Shown: piece by piece, positions 28,091 to 43,458 of the stretch | Numbering within the stretch: the first letter of the stretch is position 1 | Layout of the letters: each line of letters opens with the position of its first letter | From: Rotaria socialis | Lineage: Eukaryota | Assembly: GCA_905331295.1 (NCBI GenBank) | Contig: CAJNYD010000069.1 | Span: 186,001-250,000 of the forward strand | Direction: 5' to 3' | Length of the DNA: 64,000 nt | Notes under the pieces: generated by a model | Told to the model about the DNA's origin: nothing | What the model saw: only the letters and a program-made list of their open reading frames with translations | Databases searched by the model: none | Position numbers and translations under genes: made by a program

Positions 28091-29130
28091 TCACACAGGC
28101 AATTTTTCTAATCTATTTGGAGTTGATTTTAACCAATACCATCGTCCATAGTCGGCAAAAATTTCTTCGCCTGCCGCTATATCTCGTTTAGCAATAACAT
28201 ATGCACATTGCTCTTCAGGACGTTTATCGAATGTAACATTTTGTAATAGACGATTACGTGGATCATTTATATATCTTCCAAGTACGGTTTTATCATCAAA
28301 TGGATCAACATAAACTTGTGGTCCAAGCCGCATTAAATAAGCTTTATCTTTGAGACGTATGGCCTCAACGGTACGGAGTACTTTGCCACTATAGATACAC
28401 ACACATGAGCCTTTGGCAATTGGCGTTCGAGTGAATAAACCAAAGCCAGCACCTAGATATAAAATTATGTTTGTTTTTTATGCACGATATTTATTATTAT
28501 AAATAATAGTGGTATCTAGAAAATGTTTCATGAAAATACTTTTTTAATTCGTACATAAAAACAAAAATGACCGTTTTAATAGGAGAATAATTTATTTATC
28601 GCTAGAGGTCTTTTAATTGCTTTAGAAACAGTAGACTCATGATGACGTAATTTCATAAAAATAATTACATCAATGGCAAGATATAGAGTAAAAACGTTTT
28701 TCAACAGCATAGTTGGACTCTTTTATTGTAGTCCTAGCGCTAGCTGTATAACTATTCTTTCCATAAAAAAACAAATTTATTTTTTAAGCCAAGGCTGTCC
28801 TTGCATTTGTTATCTTTCAGCTAGAAGTCATAATAGATAACTCAACGACATCTCATACTGAAAGTACTTATTGCGTCTATTATTCTACGTAGTGAGAAAG
28901 ATAAATTATAATTCGAGACTTGATGTACGCAGAAACTATCCATAGAATGTCGTGGAGGATGCGCCTGTGAGAATTCACCATTGACTTTTTTCATATATTC
29001 TTCTCTCCTTGATTAGAAAAACAGGAAAAAATTTGAAAGTCAGCCTTGTGAAATTATTTATTAGTGACTATATATATATATATATATATATACCTTCTAT
29101 CTGCGATGATTTAACTTCAAGGTCGGCCAT
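28091..29130 (-). CDS. Minimal stand-alone SET-domain protein, 132 aa
   Basis: Exons 29130-29094 and 28452-28091 give LEVKSSQIEGAGFGLF...RYIND...AKRDIAAGEEIFADYGRWYW. Confidence 0.88.
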
Positions 29131-29658
29131 TAGATCTAGAAAATATGTCAGAAAAGCATTTATTGTTTTATAAACAGAGAACTTAATCATTCTTATGAAA
29201 TGAGCACCGGATTGCAAGATAAATTATAAATCATTATAGAGAAGCGTCCTTTACGTACCAAACTATAGTGTCAAAAAGAAAACATTTTAATTCATTGGAA
29301 GAATGTTTTCTTTCTAGAAATGAATGAATGCCAACGAAAAATTCTCCTTTCATTAGAATTGGAAAGATTGTCAAGCTTGAAAACAATCTTATTTAAAATA
29401 GAAACAATTTAATAAATTTACTTTTTTCCAATTTTTAATTTTTGAAGAATATTTTTCAAAACGCACATCACAAAACGACTACAACAATAAACATAAAAAA
29501 AGAGATATCAGAATAGAATATAAAATGATGCTTTCCGACAAACCAGACAACAGCGAACAATTCGTCCACCGGTGCACATACACAATAAAAAAATTTTGAT
29601 TCCCTAATATAATGTAATTGTTGATCGCATTGTTTTTTCGACATTTACTAGCATTAAT

Positions 29659-30875
29659 TTAATTCATTTTTTTAACATGTTGACTCGTTTCTTTTTCTTC
29701 TTGATGTTGTTTACCATTCTGTTGATTTGCACGTTTCGATTTAAAAATGTACGAACCAAGAAAAAAGTGACCAAATAGTAGAAAATAGGTCGCGTACATA
29801 ATTAATGATACTTTCAAATTTTCGTCTGTGACTTGACAGACTTCACCATTTTTCTTATATTGCCATGCTTGTAAATTAATCAAACAACCAACTATCATTT
29901 GAGTTAATTGAAGCATCGTGATGATCATTGATACCCAACGTGGTATACAAACTTTGAGCGCACGTAATGCATAGTACTAGAATAAAAAGTTTTTAGAAAT
30001 AATTTTTTTTCTTAATAAGTATAATAACATACAGAATACATTATACCATGAACAACATAATTCAAACCACAAAACCATCTAAAACAAATCGAATAGAAAT
30101 ATATATATATATATATATCATTTTAATTTCATTTAATTATATACCGTCCAGTGGAACTATAATCTTGATAGCTAAACCAGCAATAAATTAAAACTGATGC
30201 ATGATGATACCAATGGAGAAAAATCAAGGGTTGTTTACGAAGCACGATAAACACTGTGTCAATCAATTCAGGTAATTTCGAAAAACAAAATGCCCAAGTC
30301 CTATAAAGAAGCGATGATTAACAAATATTATTGTTTTCTTTTCTTTTCTTTTCTAGACTCATACCAAAAGCCGACAACACCAAATGCATTTGAATTATTA
30401 CAAATCGAGTATTTGATACCATGTCTATAAATAACATAAATTAATTCCGGTACTACTCTCATTGCTCCAAAAACTGAAAATAATGCCAATAACGTATTCC
30501 ATGCTGCTAGCCATAAACGTAGTTCAAATCGAGGCTTATTTTTCATAAAAAATTGACCTGCTACAAATGAGAAATATGTTGTTTTATTTTAACGGATATT
30601 ATTCATAATTTAAATAGCCTACTATAAATTAAAAGTAAATATGCAAGTGCATAGAAAAAACTATTATGCCAACGTTGGATCATAAATGTCCGTAAATCTC
30701 GTAATGTTGCCACTTCATCGCTATATCGTTCGAAATCAAATACATAAAATGTAAGTGGAATTTTATTGTTCGATGCTGAAACATCATGAGATTGAGATGT
30801 CGATTGTGAGGCAGCTGTTAATGAACTATTAAATTGCTCAAAATAATCCGAGATGTGTGACATGATGGTAACCAT
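29659..30875 (-). CDS. ELOVL6: Fatty acid elongase, ELOVL6-like
   Basis: Exons 30875-30623, 30560-30365, 30300-30145, 30078-30033, 29976-29659. Motifs [48 protein letters not shown] and C-terminal KKMN ER-retrieval signal. Confidence 0.92.
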
Positions 30876-31821
30876 TTTCGATGTTATAAAAGCACACACC
30901 CACAATATCTACAAAAAAAAATAAATATCTACATATGATAATATATCTACAAAGGAAATGACAAAATAACATAGAAAAAAATATTTGTTAAAACCTTAAT
31001 GGAGAGTCGCTCCAAATATGATTAAGAGGTTAAAAAAGAAACTTTTTTTTTTCTCTATGAAATAGATTGTTCTTTATTTTTTTTTCTAAGCAAATATCTC
31101 AATTTTTATCTTGTCTTTTTCTTTTTTACTACGTTCTTTTACAAATACTTGAGAATAACGTACGTCAACTTAATAAACGCTTTTATCTGAATGAAATTTC
31201 TATCTATATGCCGGTTAACAGAGAGTAAAGGTCTGAAATTTTTTCATCTAGAGGACAAAGGAAAAAAAATTCTGCCGAAAGAGGTCGTATCCTATTTATG
31301 AATAGAAGAAGCTCATGTTGATGACGGTATACAAGATAATATGAGATACTAAAGTCATGCATTTTATTGTATATACACCGCAATAAAAGCGAATTGCATA
31401 AAGGAGATATAAACGAAACATTATTTTTTTTTAATTTCTAGTTGCGAGTCAATGATATTTTTTTGCCCTTCATAGGTTTGCCTATATATATAACCGCTCC
31501 TTTTTTCTTTTGTATATCGTAGCTAAGAAACAAAGCAATCCTGGTTGCTTTCGCTCGTTTACTGCTCACTAGGTAACAAAAATGGAAAGTAAATAAAATT
31601 CTATTAATATTTCAGTTAAATAATCATGACGCTATTCGCCTCCCCCCCCGGTGGAACTTTCTATCGGTATATTACCTTATTTCTCATGTACTTGAGATTT
31701 CGTACCAAATCAGGATGAAGAAAAAAGAAGATATAAAACTGTATTTCCGATCATTTATTACAATATTTTATAAAGTGATACGACAAGAAAAATAGTAAAA
31801 CACTAAAACAGAAATTTGTAC

Positions 31822-32537
<716 letters not shown>

Positions 32538-35500
32538 AGTATTCTTGTGAATGCAAATCCAAGTGAAATCTAATTTCAAAAGTCCATAGTGAAAATTTTC
32601 CAGTGTATCAGATTATCTTGATAATTAATTCCTTTTTTGTCAAGTATCGATGGTGACTAAGCTGAAGGATTTTTTTCTGTTCCTACGCATATAAATTTAA
32701 TCTGAGAACAGAAGTATTGAGAACTAATTCCAAGTGTAAGAATTACATTTTCATTCTGTGGAACACTCATTAAAATACAGACAACTCTTAAAGTTTTACT
32801 ACTTATGGCTCTTCATGCTCGGCATAGAGAGTTGACGTAAGGAGAAAGAAAAACGAGGCTTTAAATTTTCTTCCATTATTATTTATATCTAATCGTGATC
32901 ATGCAGGCTCCATATTAACAAAAGAAAAGAGATTGAAATCATACTATTCATTTATTTCCACACAGTTGCATTTCTCTTTTCTAAATCTATTGTGTATGAA
33001 TAGTCTACGCACGAGTACCAAACGATATCCATTGCCATCATTTGCTTCTCTTTCGATGTGTTTCTTAGCTATGTAGACAGATTTTCAGTGTGCAATTGGA
33101 CCAACTGTTCTATGATATTAGAATGTGTATCAGATTTCATGTGCTGTGCATAGGTTTGTATTACTAGCAGCTTACTTTTACCTCGTTTCTGATTCAAGTA
33201 TGATACGATTCTGTTTTTCTCACAAAATTAATAAAGCTACTCGAGACAACAGCAAAAGTAGTACTTCGGCAAGCGACGGGGATACAATGGAAAAAAGGCG
33301 ATAATGATAAAAAAAATACTTTTTTTAAAGTTCACTAGAGATAGAATGGGAACTTTTCCACTTAGAAGAGGAGCTTTTACAAGCGCGAGGTAATCATAAA
33401 CAACGTCACATCTTCATCTAGCACAAGCTAGGTTCCTGGTTGATTGCTATTATGTTTTCTTCAATTTCATAATAGAATCTAATAAATAAAGAATAGGCTC
33501 ATAATTTTAATAAAATAATTCTTTTGCTAAACTTCTAGTCCACAAATTTCAACGTAATAGCTATATTCAGTTTAGGAAGAAAATAAGAAACAATTTTTTT
33601 TTCCTCTTCAACTTAATTATAATTTTAACATGAAGATTTATCCACACGAGTAGTTTTATGACTTTTTATTTTAGTATGACTAAATTTCTCAAATCAAACG
33701 GTACTACTAATAACTGTGAAACAGTTGGAATGCTTACCTGAAAAGATTCCTTATTTTATTTTTACTCATTTTATTTCAAATTAAAAAATACATTTCATTT
33801 AATTAGACGCCTGTTTTTCGTTAAGTTCATCAATTGCAGAAACTATACTTCTTGACGATTTTTCTTTGGTTACTAAGCATAAAAAACACATGATTGTGTT
33901 GAACAATCAATAGTGTATTTTAAAAAACCTTAGGTAAGTAGATTTATCTTGTTAACATAAATCAACGCTGAACATAGACTACATTTGTTCAATAAATAAT
34001 GCTTTTTAAAATATCACAAAAAAAATGAAAAACTGTTGTGATAAATGTAAATATCTTTTCAAACTAAATACATGAAATACTTTCGTAATCTCATTTTCAT
34101 TCAAGATCACCCAGCAAGATTCAATGACGTTGTAAATCATTATAAACAAAAATGTTTATTAAGCAACAACCTTTGAGTGCAAGAACTTTCAATTATTAGA
34201 ATCATAACGTCATCTTAAAGCAACTGAGTGATCTTAAAGATTTTCTCAAGTTTTCAGAGCAGTGCGTTATTGGAGATCATTATAATGGTAAATAGCTTAT
34301 GAGAATTTTCAAGGTTCACTCAATCAAAAGGAAAATAGGTAATGATTAATATTTTATGTTCTCCTATAAAGTCATTATGTCTACATACCACGCCAAAATA
34401 TTTCCATCGTAGTAATTATTTATTTCTCATATTGTCTGTTGTTGAAATCTTATCAATTTTTACCGGCAACGGCTCATCTCCCTATATGATTGAATTTTTG
34501 AAAAAGGCTACGAATCAACAGTCTATTTTTTTTTCTTAGGCCTAATTCAATGTTGAATAAGATGCATACTAGTGACTCTAAATCGATTATAACATAGAAG
34601 TCAAATATTTGTGTATGACTTGTCGCAGAAATTTTTCGAGAATTCGGCGGCTAAGATTGCATTTGTCATTTTTCTTTCTTGCTGTTCGAAAACAAGCTCG
34701 GAACTGCAACAGGCTATACCCGTTCGTGTCTAGACCGATCCATCTCAAGCAACAAATAACGACATGACTTTTTCCTGTGTCCTAATTCATAAAAAATAGA
34801 GATCAATTTATGAAGCCGTTGGTTCTTGCAAATCTTAATTAAGCTCTCTCGAAATATTATGAAGGCTTTAAAAAAATAAGATTATCAATGGAATACATCT
34901 TTCATCCATTTGTATCAATAATTGGAAAGAGAAAAAAAAACAGACTTATTAAATATGCGTAAAATCTCAATATGAATAGTTGATGTATGTGGCATGTTTT
35001 GCACGAGGATATCATGCTATAGTTTTACTAATAAATCACACGTTTTACAGAGCGGAATTGTGACAGCAGCACTGGTTTTCAATGCAAATTACGTAGTCTT
35101 TCTTGAATCACGATGTTAAAAGGTCCTAACAGAATAAATTAAAAATAAAACATTATATTACACTCAAAATCGCGTTATTTCTTTGCTACATTGCATATTT
35201 CGTAATAACTGACGACAACAACATCAAGTACACTCATCAAAGATCTTACGTAAATGTTGGATTTTATAATGAATTTACTTCAGATAAAATGAACTTCTGA
35301 AAAATCTATCGACATAAAAAAAAGAGAACAGATTAAATTTAATAGATGCATTATAGAATCTTCAAGAAACATCCCGTGCAAAGTCCAAATGTAGTTAGTC
35401 ATGAATAAGACGTCTTGCAAATATTTTTGCTGCTACTACTGTTTTTTTCTTCTTCCTTGTTGTTTCCTCTGTAACCCGATGATTCAAAGCAGTCTGTTTT

Positions 35501-35982
35501 TTTTCCTTTTTTTCTGTCTTGAATAGTTAGTTAGTAAGAGCAGTACACAGCAAATTTTCGTTGAATTTGTTTAATCATAAAGAAAATGACGAGAAAGTGT
35601 AGCAGACAAAAGGCAGTAAACACACAGATAGACAGAGAGCAGAAGAAGAGCTTGGTGCCGAACAGAAAAAAGAATAAAAAAAATTGAAGAACATAGATAA
35701 TATTCGTCAAACAAAAATAAAAACCATGACAAAATCAAATCTTTGCACTCAATTTTTTTTTCTTACGTCTATTTGTTGTTACTTTTGCTCATCTTTCGTT
35801 AAATACACACAAGCATCGTACATACATATAGATACACTCGAACAAAGTGGCGACAAGAGAAAAAACATGAAAAGATGGTAATAAATGAACCTTACGTCTG
35901 TTCATTTTCATTCAACACAAAGAAAAAAAAGAGCTTAAAAAGAAAAGAAATGTGCTGCTGTTGATTGAATGTTCACTTTTAC

Positions 35983-36719
<737 letters not shown>

Positions 36720-37693
36720 GCTACGAGACGAAATCAAAAACCGATACGGCGCGCGATTAGGCCGATAGTTGAATTTATTTTTGAATATATTATAATCTAG
36801 AGGACAAAAGAATTTTAATATAAACATGATAAATTTTCAAGCAGTGGGCAGTAAGACCATAATAAAGACGAAATGCGAAGAAGAAAGGATTGTCATAAGT
36901 ATTTTGGTAGAGGCAAACGCTAATTCGCCCGTGACACGATGTAATGTTAAAAGAAAAAGGAGAAAAAAAAACGACGGCATAGACGACGATACGGGGGCAG
37001 TGGGGTGATAAAGAAAAAGAAAAAAATCATTGAATCACTCTAATGGGGCGTTTCACATCAAATGATTGGATATTGAACTGAAAAGAAAGCTATGTATCAA
37101 AACCAATGAAATAAAATAACTAATTTTAATTAATTTTTAAAAATTTTCAAGCATTAAAATATTATTTGAGTAGAGGAAAACACAAGTTGAATAGAAAATA
37201 AACTATTCAGATTAGCTCATTTTCATAATTGACTTTTAATTTGAGCCTCAACTCACTGAGACATGATCAGAAAACGAATGAAGACTCGAATCAGCTAGTC
37301 ACTTTTCTTCCTATTCCGTCTTCTGTTTCTCTTTTGTCATTGTGAGTTCATTTCACAAACAAATATCAGGCGCGTAGTAAACACACGTGATTCCCATTGC
37401 AGGTAGCGACAATAATAAAATGAAAACGAATTGCTTGAAAATTTTGTATACTATGTAGCAAAAAGATATTTTTTTGCAATGAAAAACATGATTCTGAGAA
37501 ATTAATGCATTCCGTAATGGAGGAATATAGGAAAGCAGAATGAACTGTGCCAATGACGTCATCGACAACAGGCAATAGCTCAGCTGTTATTTGTTGTTTC
37601 GCTGTTCTTGATCTTTGATCGAACAGTAAAATATACAAAAACTCGAACACGGATGTTTATTTAAATAGTACTTCTTCAGAGAGTTCATTTTAG

Positions 37694-40600
37694 ATGGAAC
37701 GAATTGTTTCGGCACTTACTCGACCATCGGTCGGATCAATTCGATGTATGCCTCAGTTCAAACTAGCCACTCGTGGTGGACATCGAGCTCATCCAGAATC
37801 ATTTCTTAATGCATCTTCATCAAATTATATTGATGAAATGTATGAACAATGGTCGAAAGATCCTCAATCAGTACATAAAGTATGTATTGAAATAATTTAA
37901 TTAAAATAAGAATAGTAGTCAATTTTATTTCCTTATGTTGTATTCTAGTCGTGGGATCTTTATTTTCGTCATCAACATTATCAACGACCTCCAACATTAG
38001 GTGTAACTCCGCCACCACCAGCTCTGTTACAATATTATCAAATGACAGGTTTCACTCAACAACAACCAGTGTCTATGGTACCTCAACATCAATCCCATTT
38101 ACAACCAATGAGTGGATATGGCACTGGCGTTCAAGAGCTGCCACTTGACAGAAAAGCTATACAAGATCATATGGCCGTACAAGCACTTGTACGATCTTAT
38201 CAGGTCAGTATATCAATTGTTTCTTCTTTTCTTGTTTAATTCTATAATTACATATTCCAACAAAGCAAAAATAAATAATAATTATCTCATGAATATCCTG
38301 TTACAGATGCGTGGTCACAAAATAGCACAACTTGATCCACTTGGTCTTTCATCGGTTGATCTTGATTCCGAGAGACCCAATGATTTAACATATACATTTT
38401 ATAATTTTAGTAAGAATTCAAAAAGTGAACAATCAAATATCATTAGTTGAGATCAATTCTTTGAATATCTATAAAAATGGGAAAAAAACAAGAGAAAAAA
38501 ATTATTTTAATTTCAGCTTTACGGACACCACGAAGCTAAACTGGATCCACTGGGTATACTTGACGCTGATCTATCCGGCGAACAACCTGAAGGGTTAAAA
38601 CTATCTTCACATAATTTGAGTAAGAATTATGAGTTTGAATAAAAATCCCAGAAAAATAACGCTTCCAGCACGCTTGTTTTGTGTTTTGATCATAGCCTAG
38701 AATTTGATCTCAACTACAGATATGTTTTCTGTGTGAATGAATATTTCTTTTAAAACTAAGAATACATTGTTTCTATTCTTTGAAACTAAGGTGAAGCTGA
38801 TCTTGATCGAAAATTTGCTCTTCCGCCTATAACATTCATAGGTGGTCAAGAAAAAGAACTTACGTTACGTGAAATTATACGACGATTAGAAGTATGTGTG
38901 AAATAATCTATGTCATTTTTTCTTTTATTTTCATTAAGTATCATTAATTTTTCTATAGGATGTTTACTGTCAAACGATTGGTCTTGAATATATGTATATA
39001 AATAGCTATGAAAAATGCAATTGGATTCGACAAAGATTTGAAGATCAAGCACAAAGAAAACTCGGTGTTAAAGATATTGAACGTGCTGTAAAACGACTCA
39101 TTCGAGCATCAAAGTATGTTGAAAAGAACAGAAATTATTTACTTTCTAACAAAGAATCTCTTTTTCAAATTAGATTTGAAGATTATTTAAAAAGAAAATG
39201 GAGTTCAGAAAAACGTTTTGGTCTGGAAGGATGTGAAGCTTTAATACCAGCAATGAAGATGGTTATTGATACAGCTGCTAATCAAGGTGTTGATACTGTC
39301 ATTATGGGCATGCCACATCGGTATGATAGAAATCTTTTATTTGGATTACACATAATTTTATTGTTTCGACTAATTTAGTGGTCGTCTTAATGTACTTGCA
39401 AATGTAACACGTAAACCATTAGAAGAATTATTTTGTCAATTTGATCCAAAATTAGAACCATCCGATGTTTCGGTCAGTATAAACGATATGAGAACTTTTT
39501 TTTCAAAAAGAAAAACAAAACATTTTGATATTGTTGAAATAAGAAAATGCAATATAAATCATATATTAACGTAAGTTCTTCCTTATTCAATTTCATTTTC
39601 CCTTCGATGTTGCGCGTCATTTTACACTCGTCAATAATAATGACGAAATCATTTTTTGGACACCTAATCCCAGTTAAACCATCGTCATGTTTCGTCGACA
39701 ATATTCTTATATCTATCTACTCATTGATATTTATTGATATTATTGTACACTAAATTATTTAGGGAAGTGGTGATGTTAAATATCATTTGGGTACATGCAT
39801 TGAACGTTTAAATCGCGCATCAAACACCAATGTAAAATTTGCTCTTGTTGCCAATCCATCACATTTAGAAGGTAAAAAGCGAACAGAAGAATATTTTCTA
39901 AAAGGTAAAACTTCCGTGTTTCTTTTTATCGTTTTTTAATAGCTGTTGATCCTGTTGTGCAAGGCAAAACTCGAGCAGAACAATTTTATCGTGGTGATAA
40001 ATTTGGCGATAAAGCCATGAGTATCTTGTTGCATGGTGATGCAGCATTTGCTGGACAAGGTGTTGTCTATGAAACATTTCACTTGAGTGATTTACCAGCT
40101 TATACAACACATGGTACTATTCATATAATTTGTAATAATCAAGTAAGATTTTTCTTTTTTTAAATATTAGATGAATTCTTGGAAATTTTAGATTGGTTTT
40201 ACTACCGATCCACGTATGGCTCGTTCAAGTCCTTATTGTACTGATGTAGCACGAGTCGTTAATGCTCCTATATTTCACGTGAATGCTGATGATGTTGACT
40301 CAGTTTTACATGTTGCTAAAGTAGCTGCAGAATGGCGATGTACATTTAAAAAAGATGTCGTAATTGATCTGGTATGTTATCTTTAAATGATCGTTTAGAG
40401 AATGAAAATTATATTTTTAGGTTTGCTACCGTCGACACGGTCATAACGAAACTGATGAACCCATGTATACCCAACCATTCATGTTCGTATAAAACAAGTT
40501 TCAATTGTGTTTTTGTTTTTTCGAAATTTTCCTTTAACTTTGTTTAGGTATAAAAAGATTCATAAACAACCTCCAGTTTTGAAAAAATGGGTTGATAAAT

Positions 40601-42956
40601 TGATCAGCGAAGGAACTATTAAACGTGAATGGTATGAAGTATGTATCAATATATTGAAATAATTATTTATCAATATATATAATGAAATATTCTAGGCTGA
40701 AGAAGCGAAGTATGACAAGATTCTCAATGATGCTTTCACTAATTCGAAGAGTCCAGCCTATGCTAAAGATAAAAATTGGCTTGACTCGCCATGGAAAAAT
40801 TTCTTCACTGGAAAAGGTCCTTTTCCATATCCACAAACTGGAGTAGCCGAAGAAACATTACAAAACATTGCTGTTAAAACTCATCAATTACCCGACGGTT
40901 TCGTTCTTCATCGCGGTCTGACACGTATTTTTGAAGGTCGTAATAAGTTGATACAAGCGCGCGAAGTCGACTGGGCATTAGCCGAATCTATGGCCATAGG
41001 TAGTGTTTTATTAGATGGTCACCATGTTCGCCTTAGTGGACAAGATGTTGAACGTGGAACATTTTCTCATCGTCATCATGTTTTACATGATCAAGAAAAA
41101 GATCTTGTTTTTCATGTACCTATGAATTATCTTAGTCCAACACAAGGTCATTATACAATATGTAACAGTTCATTATCAGAATTTGCTGCCTTGGGTTTTG
41201 AACTTGGATATTCAACAACAAATCCAAATTCACTTGTAATTTGGGAAGCACAGTTTGGTAGGAAACAAAATTTTAGAAAAGTTTTAGATTTATTTATTAT
41301 AAATTTAGGTGATTTCGCCAACAATGCTCAATGCATCATAGATCAATTTGTTTGTAGTGGACAAGCTAAATGGGTTCGTCAAAGTGGTATTGTTCTTCTT
41401 TTACCTCATGGATATGAAGGACAAGGACCAGAGCATTCATCAGCACGATTAGAACGATTTTTACAGGTAAATTATTGCAAGAAAATTTACAATCTGAAAC
41501 ACGAAAGCAATCTATTATGAATTAACGAAATATGTATTATTAGTGCAGATCTATGCAGAAGATAATTCAACGTTAGCTTTTCCAATAAATTGAGTACATA
41601 AATGTTCGAAATGCGAAACTATTGACACACAACTACAGATTATATATCAAAAATGTCTGTGACAGTGTTTGAATAGCATCTGTCATAACTTGTTAAGAGA
41701 ATGCAAATTTCCAGTCTACATACCTTAACACTTCGTTAGATCGTATTTCACTAGAATATATTTTCTATAGTTAACCTAATTATAAAGGAGAAATATTCCT
41801 AATAGGCTTTTCTCAAATATCATCATTGTTAAATAAGACATAAGGTAGATGAGTTTTTAAAAAAAAAATTTGCGCTATTTTTAGCTATGCGATGAAGATG
41901 AAGATCGTGTAACTGAAATAAAAGAAAGAAAACATATTCAACATACCGATCTGGCTATGTATCAATTAGATGATACCAACTGGATAGTAGCAAATATAAC
42001 AACACCAGCTAATTTCTTTCATATTCTTCGACGTCAATTAGCTTTACCATTTCGTAAACCATTGATTGTTATGTCACCAAAGTCAATATTTCGATTACCT
42101 GCATGTCGTTCAACATTCGATGAAATGCTACCTGGTAATATATAAATGAAGATTTTTTGTTTACATAAGAATTTATAAATTTAACATTTAGGTACAAGTT
42201 TTAAACGTATCTATCCAGAAGAAGGTGTTGCATCAGAAAATCCAGCTGATGTTAAAAAGATTATATTCTGTTCTGGAAAAACTTATTACGACTTAGTTGA
42301 TGCACGTAAAAACAATCAACTTGAGTCTCAAGTAGCTATTGTACGTATTGAACAAATATGTCCTTTTCCATTCGATTTAATTCGTGAAGAACTTGAAAAA
42401 TATAAAAATGCAAAATTATGTTTTGCACAAGAAGAACACAAAAACATGGGATCAGTATGTTCATTGATCTGAGTCAAACGTCATAAAACAATAAAAAATT
42501 CTTTTTCTAGTATTCATTCTGTAAACCACGTCTTGCTTGCCTTCTCCGGTCTATGAACGACGAACGAGCTGCTGAAGTCAAGTAATTAATTTTTCTTTTA
42601 ATTTTTTCTTTTCTCTAAACGTTTCTCTATTCTTACAGTAATTGGTAAGTTTATAATCGTATTAAATATTGTACTATTTAGTAATTTAGAACATGTGTTC
42701 GCCAATAAGTCTTTTTTCGCATGTTCTTTTCGTGTTCTTCTTTCGAGATTAAGTGTTGTTTTTCTGTCTAGAAAGAAGATTTGCTAATCAAACTCGATTA
42801 AAATTCCTTGGCTTTATTAACATAACTAAATGATCTTGGTTTTTCTTTTATTTCAGTTATGCGGGAAGAGATTCAGCAGCGTCAACAGCAGCTGGTATCA
42901 AATCAAGTCATTATATGGAACAGAAGACATATATGAAAGAAGCCATGGCTTTTTAA
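37694..42956 (+). CDS. OGDH: 2-oxoglutarate dehydrogenase E1 component, mitochondrial (multi-exon, with alternative exons)
   Basis: Motifs [33 protein letters not shown], ThDP motif [31 protein letters not shown] and [20 protein letters not shown]; ends [14 protein letters not shown]. Confidence 0.97.
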
Positions 42957-43458
42957 ATCACTATCTAACATTATTCCTAGCGTATCCTATTAAATTGAAT
43001 TTGTTTAGTTTTTTTTTCTTTTTTTGTTCACATATCCTTTACTCTTGCGAGGGAAACCAAGAGAAAATAGATTCTACACAATCGAGAAATGTCCCGCTGA
43101 TGCTTAGAATTATATAAATATGATATTTACATATATAACTTTTATTATTTTCTGTGGTCAAATAAAAAGAAAAAGAAATACAAGTAAGCTGATCATGCTG
43201 CCCCATATCGTTCCCATTCATAAATTTAAAAGCTAATCTATCTACAAATAAATCCTGTTGGAAAATACATCTTGTAAAACAAAAATATCGCTCTCTCAGG
43301 CAAGATCAAACCAAGCGTAGCCGCAAGAAATACAGAGAGAATAAATATCTGAACAGAAAACTAGACATTGAAATGGCGAACAATTGAACTTTAGCATTTA
43401 CAAAAGAAAAAGAGAAGAAAAAAAAGTTTCGTATTCGAATTTCGTCTATATTATTTGC

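Noticed and set aside
29130..29659. Second operon-like junction, ELOVL to SET
   Set aside because: An acceptor and an AATAAA are present, but a good cis donor near 29258 and about 530 nt of spacing allow an ordinary promoter plus a 5' UTR intron.
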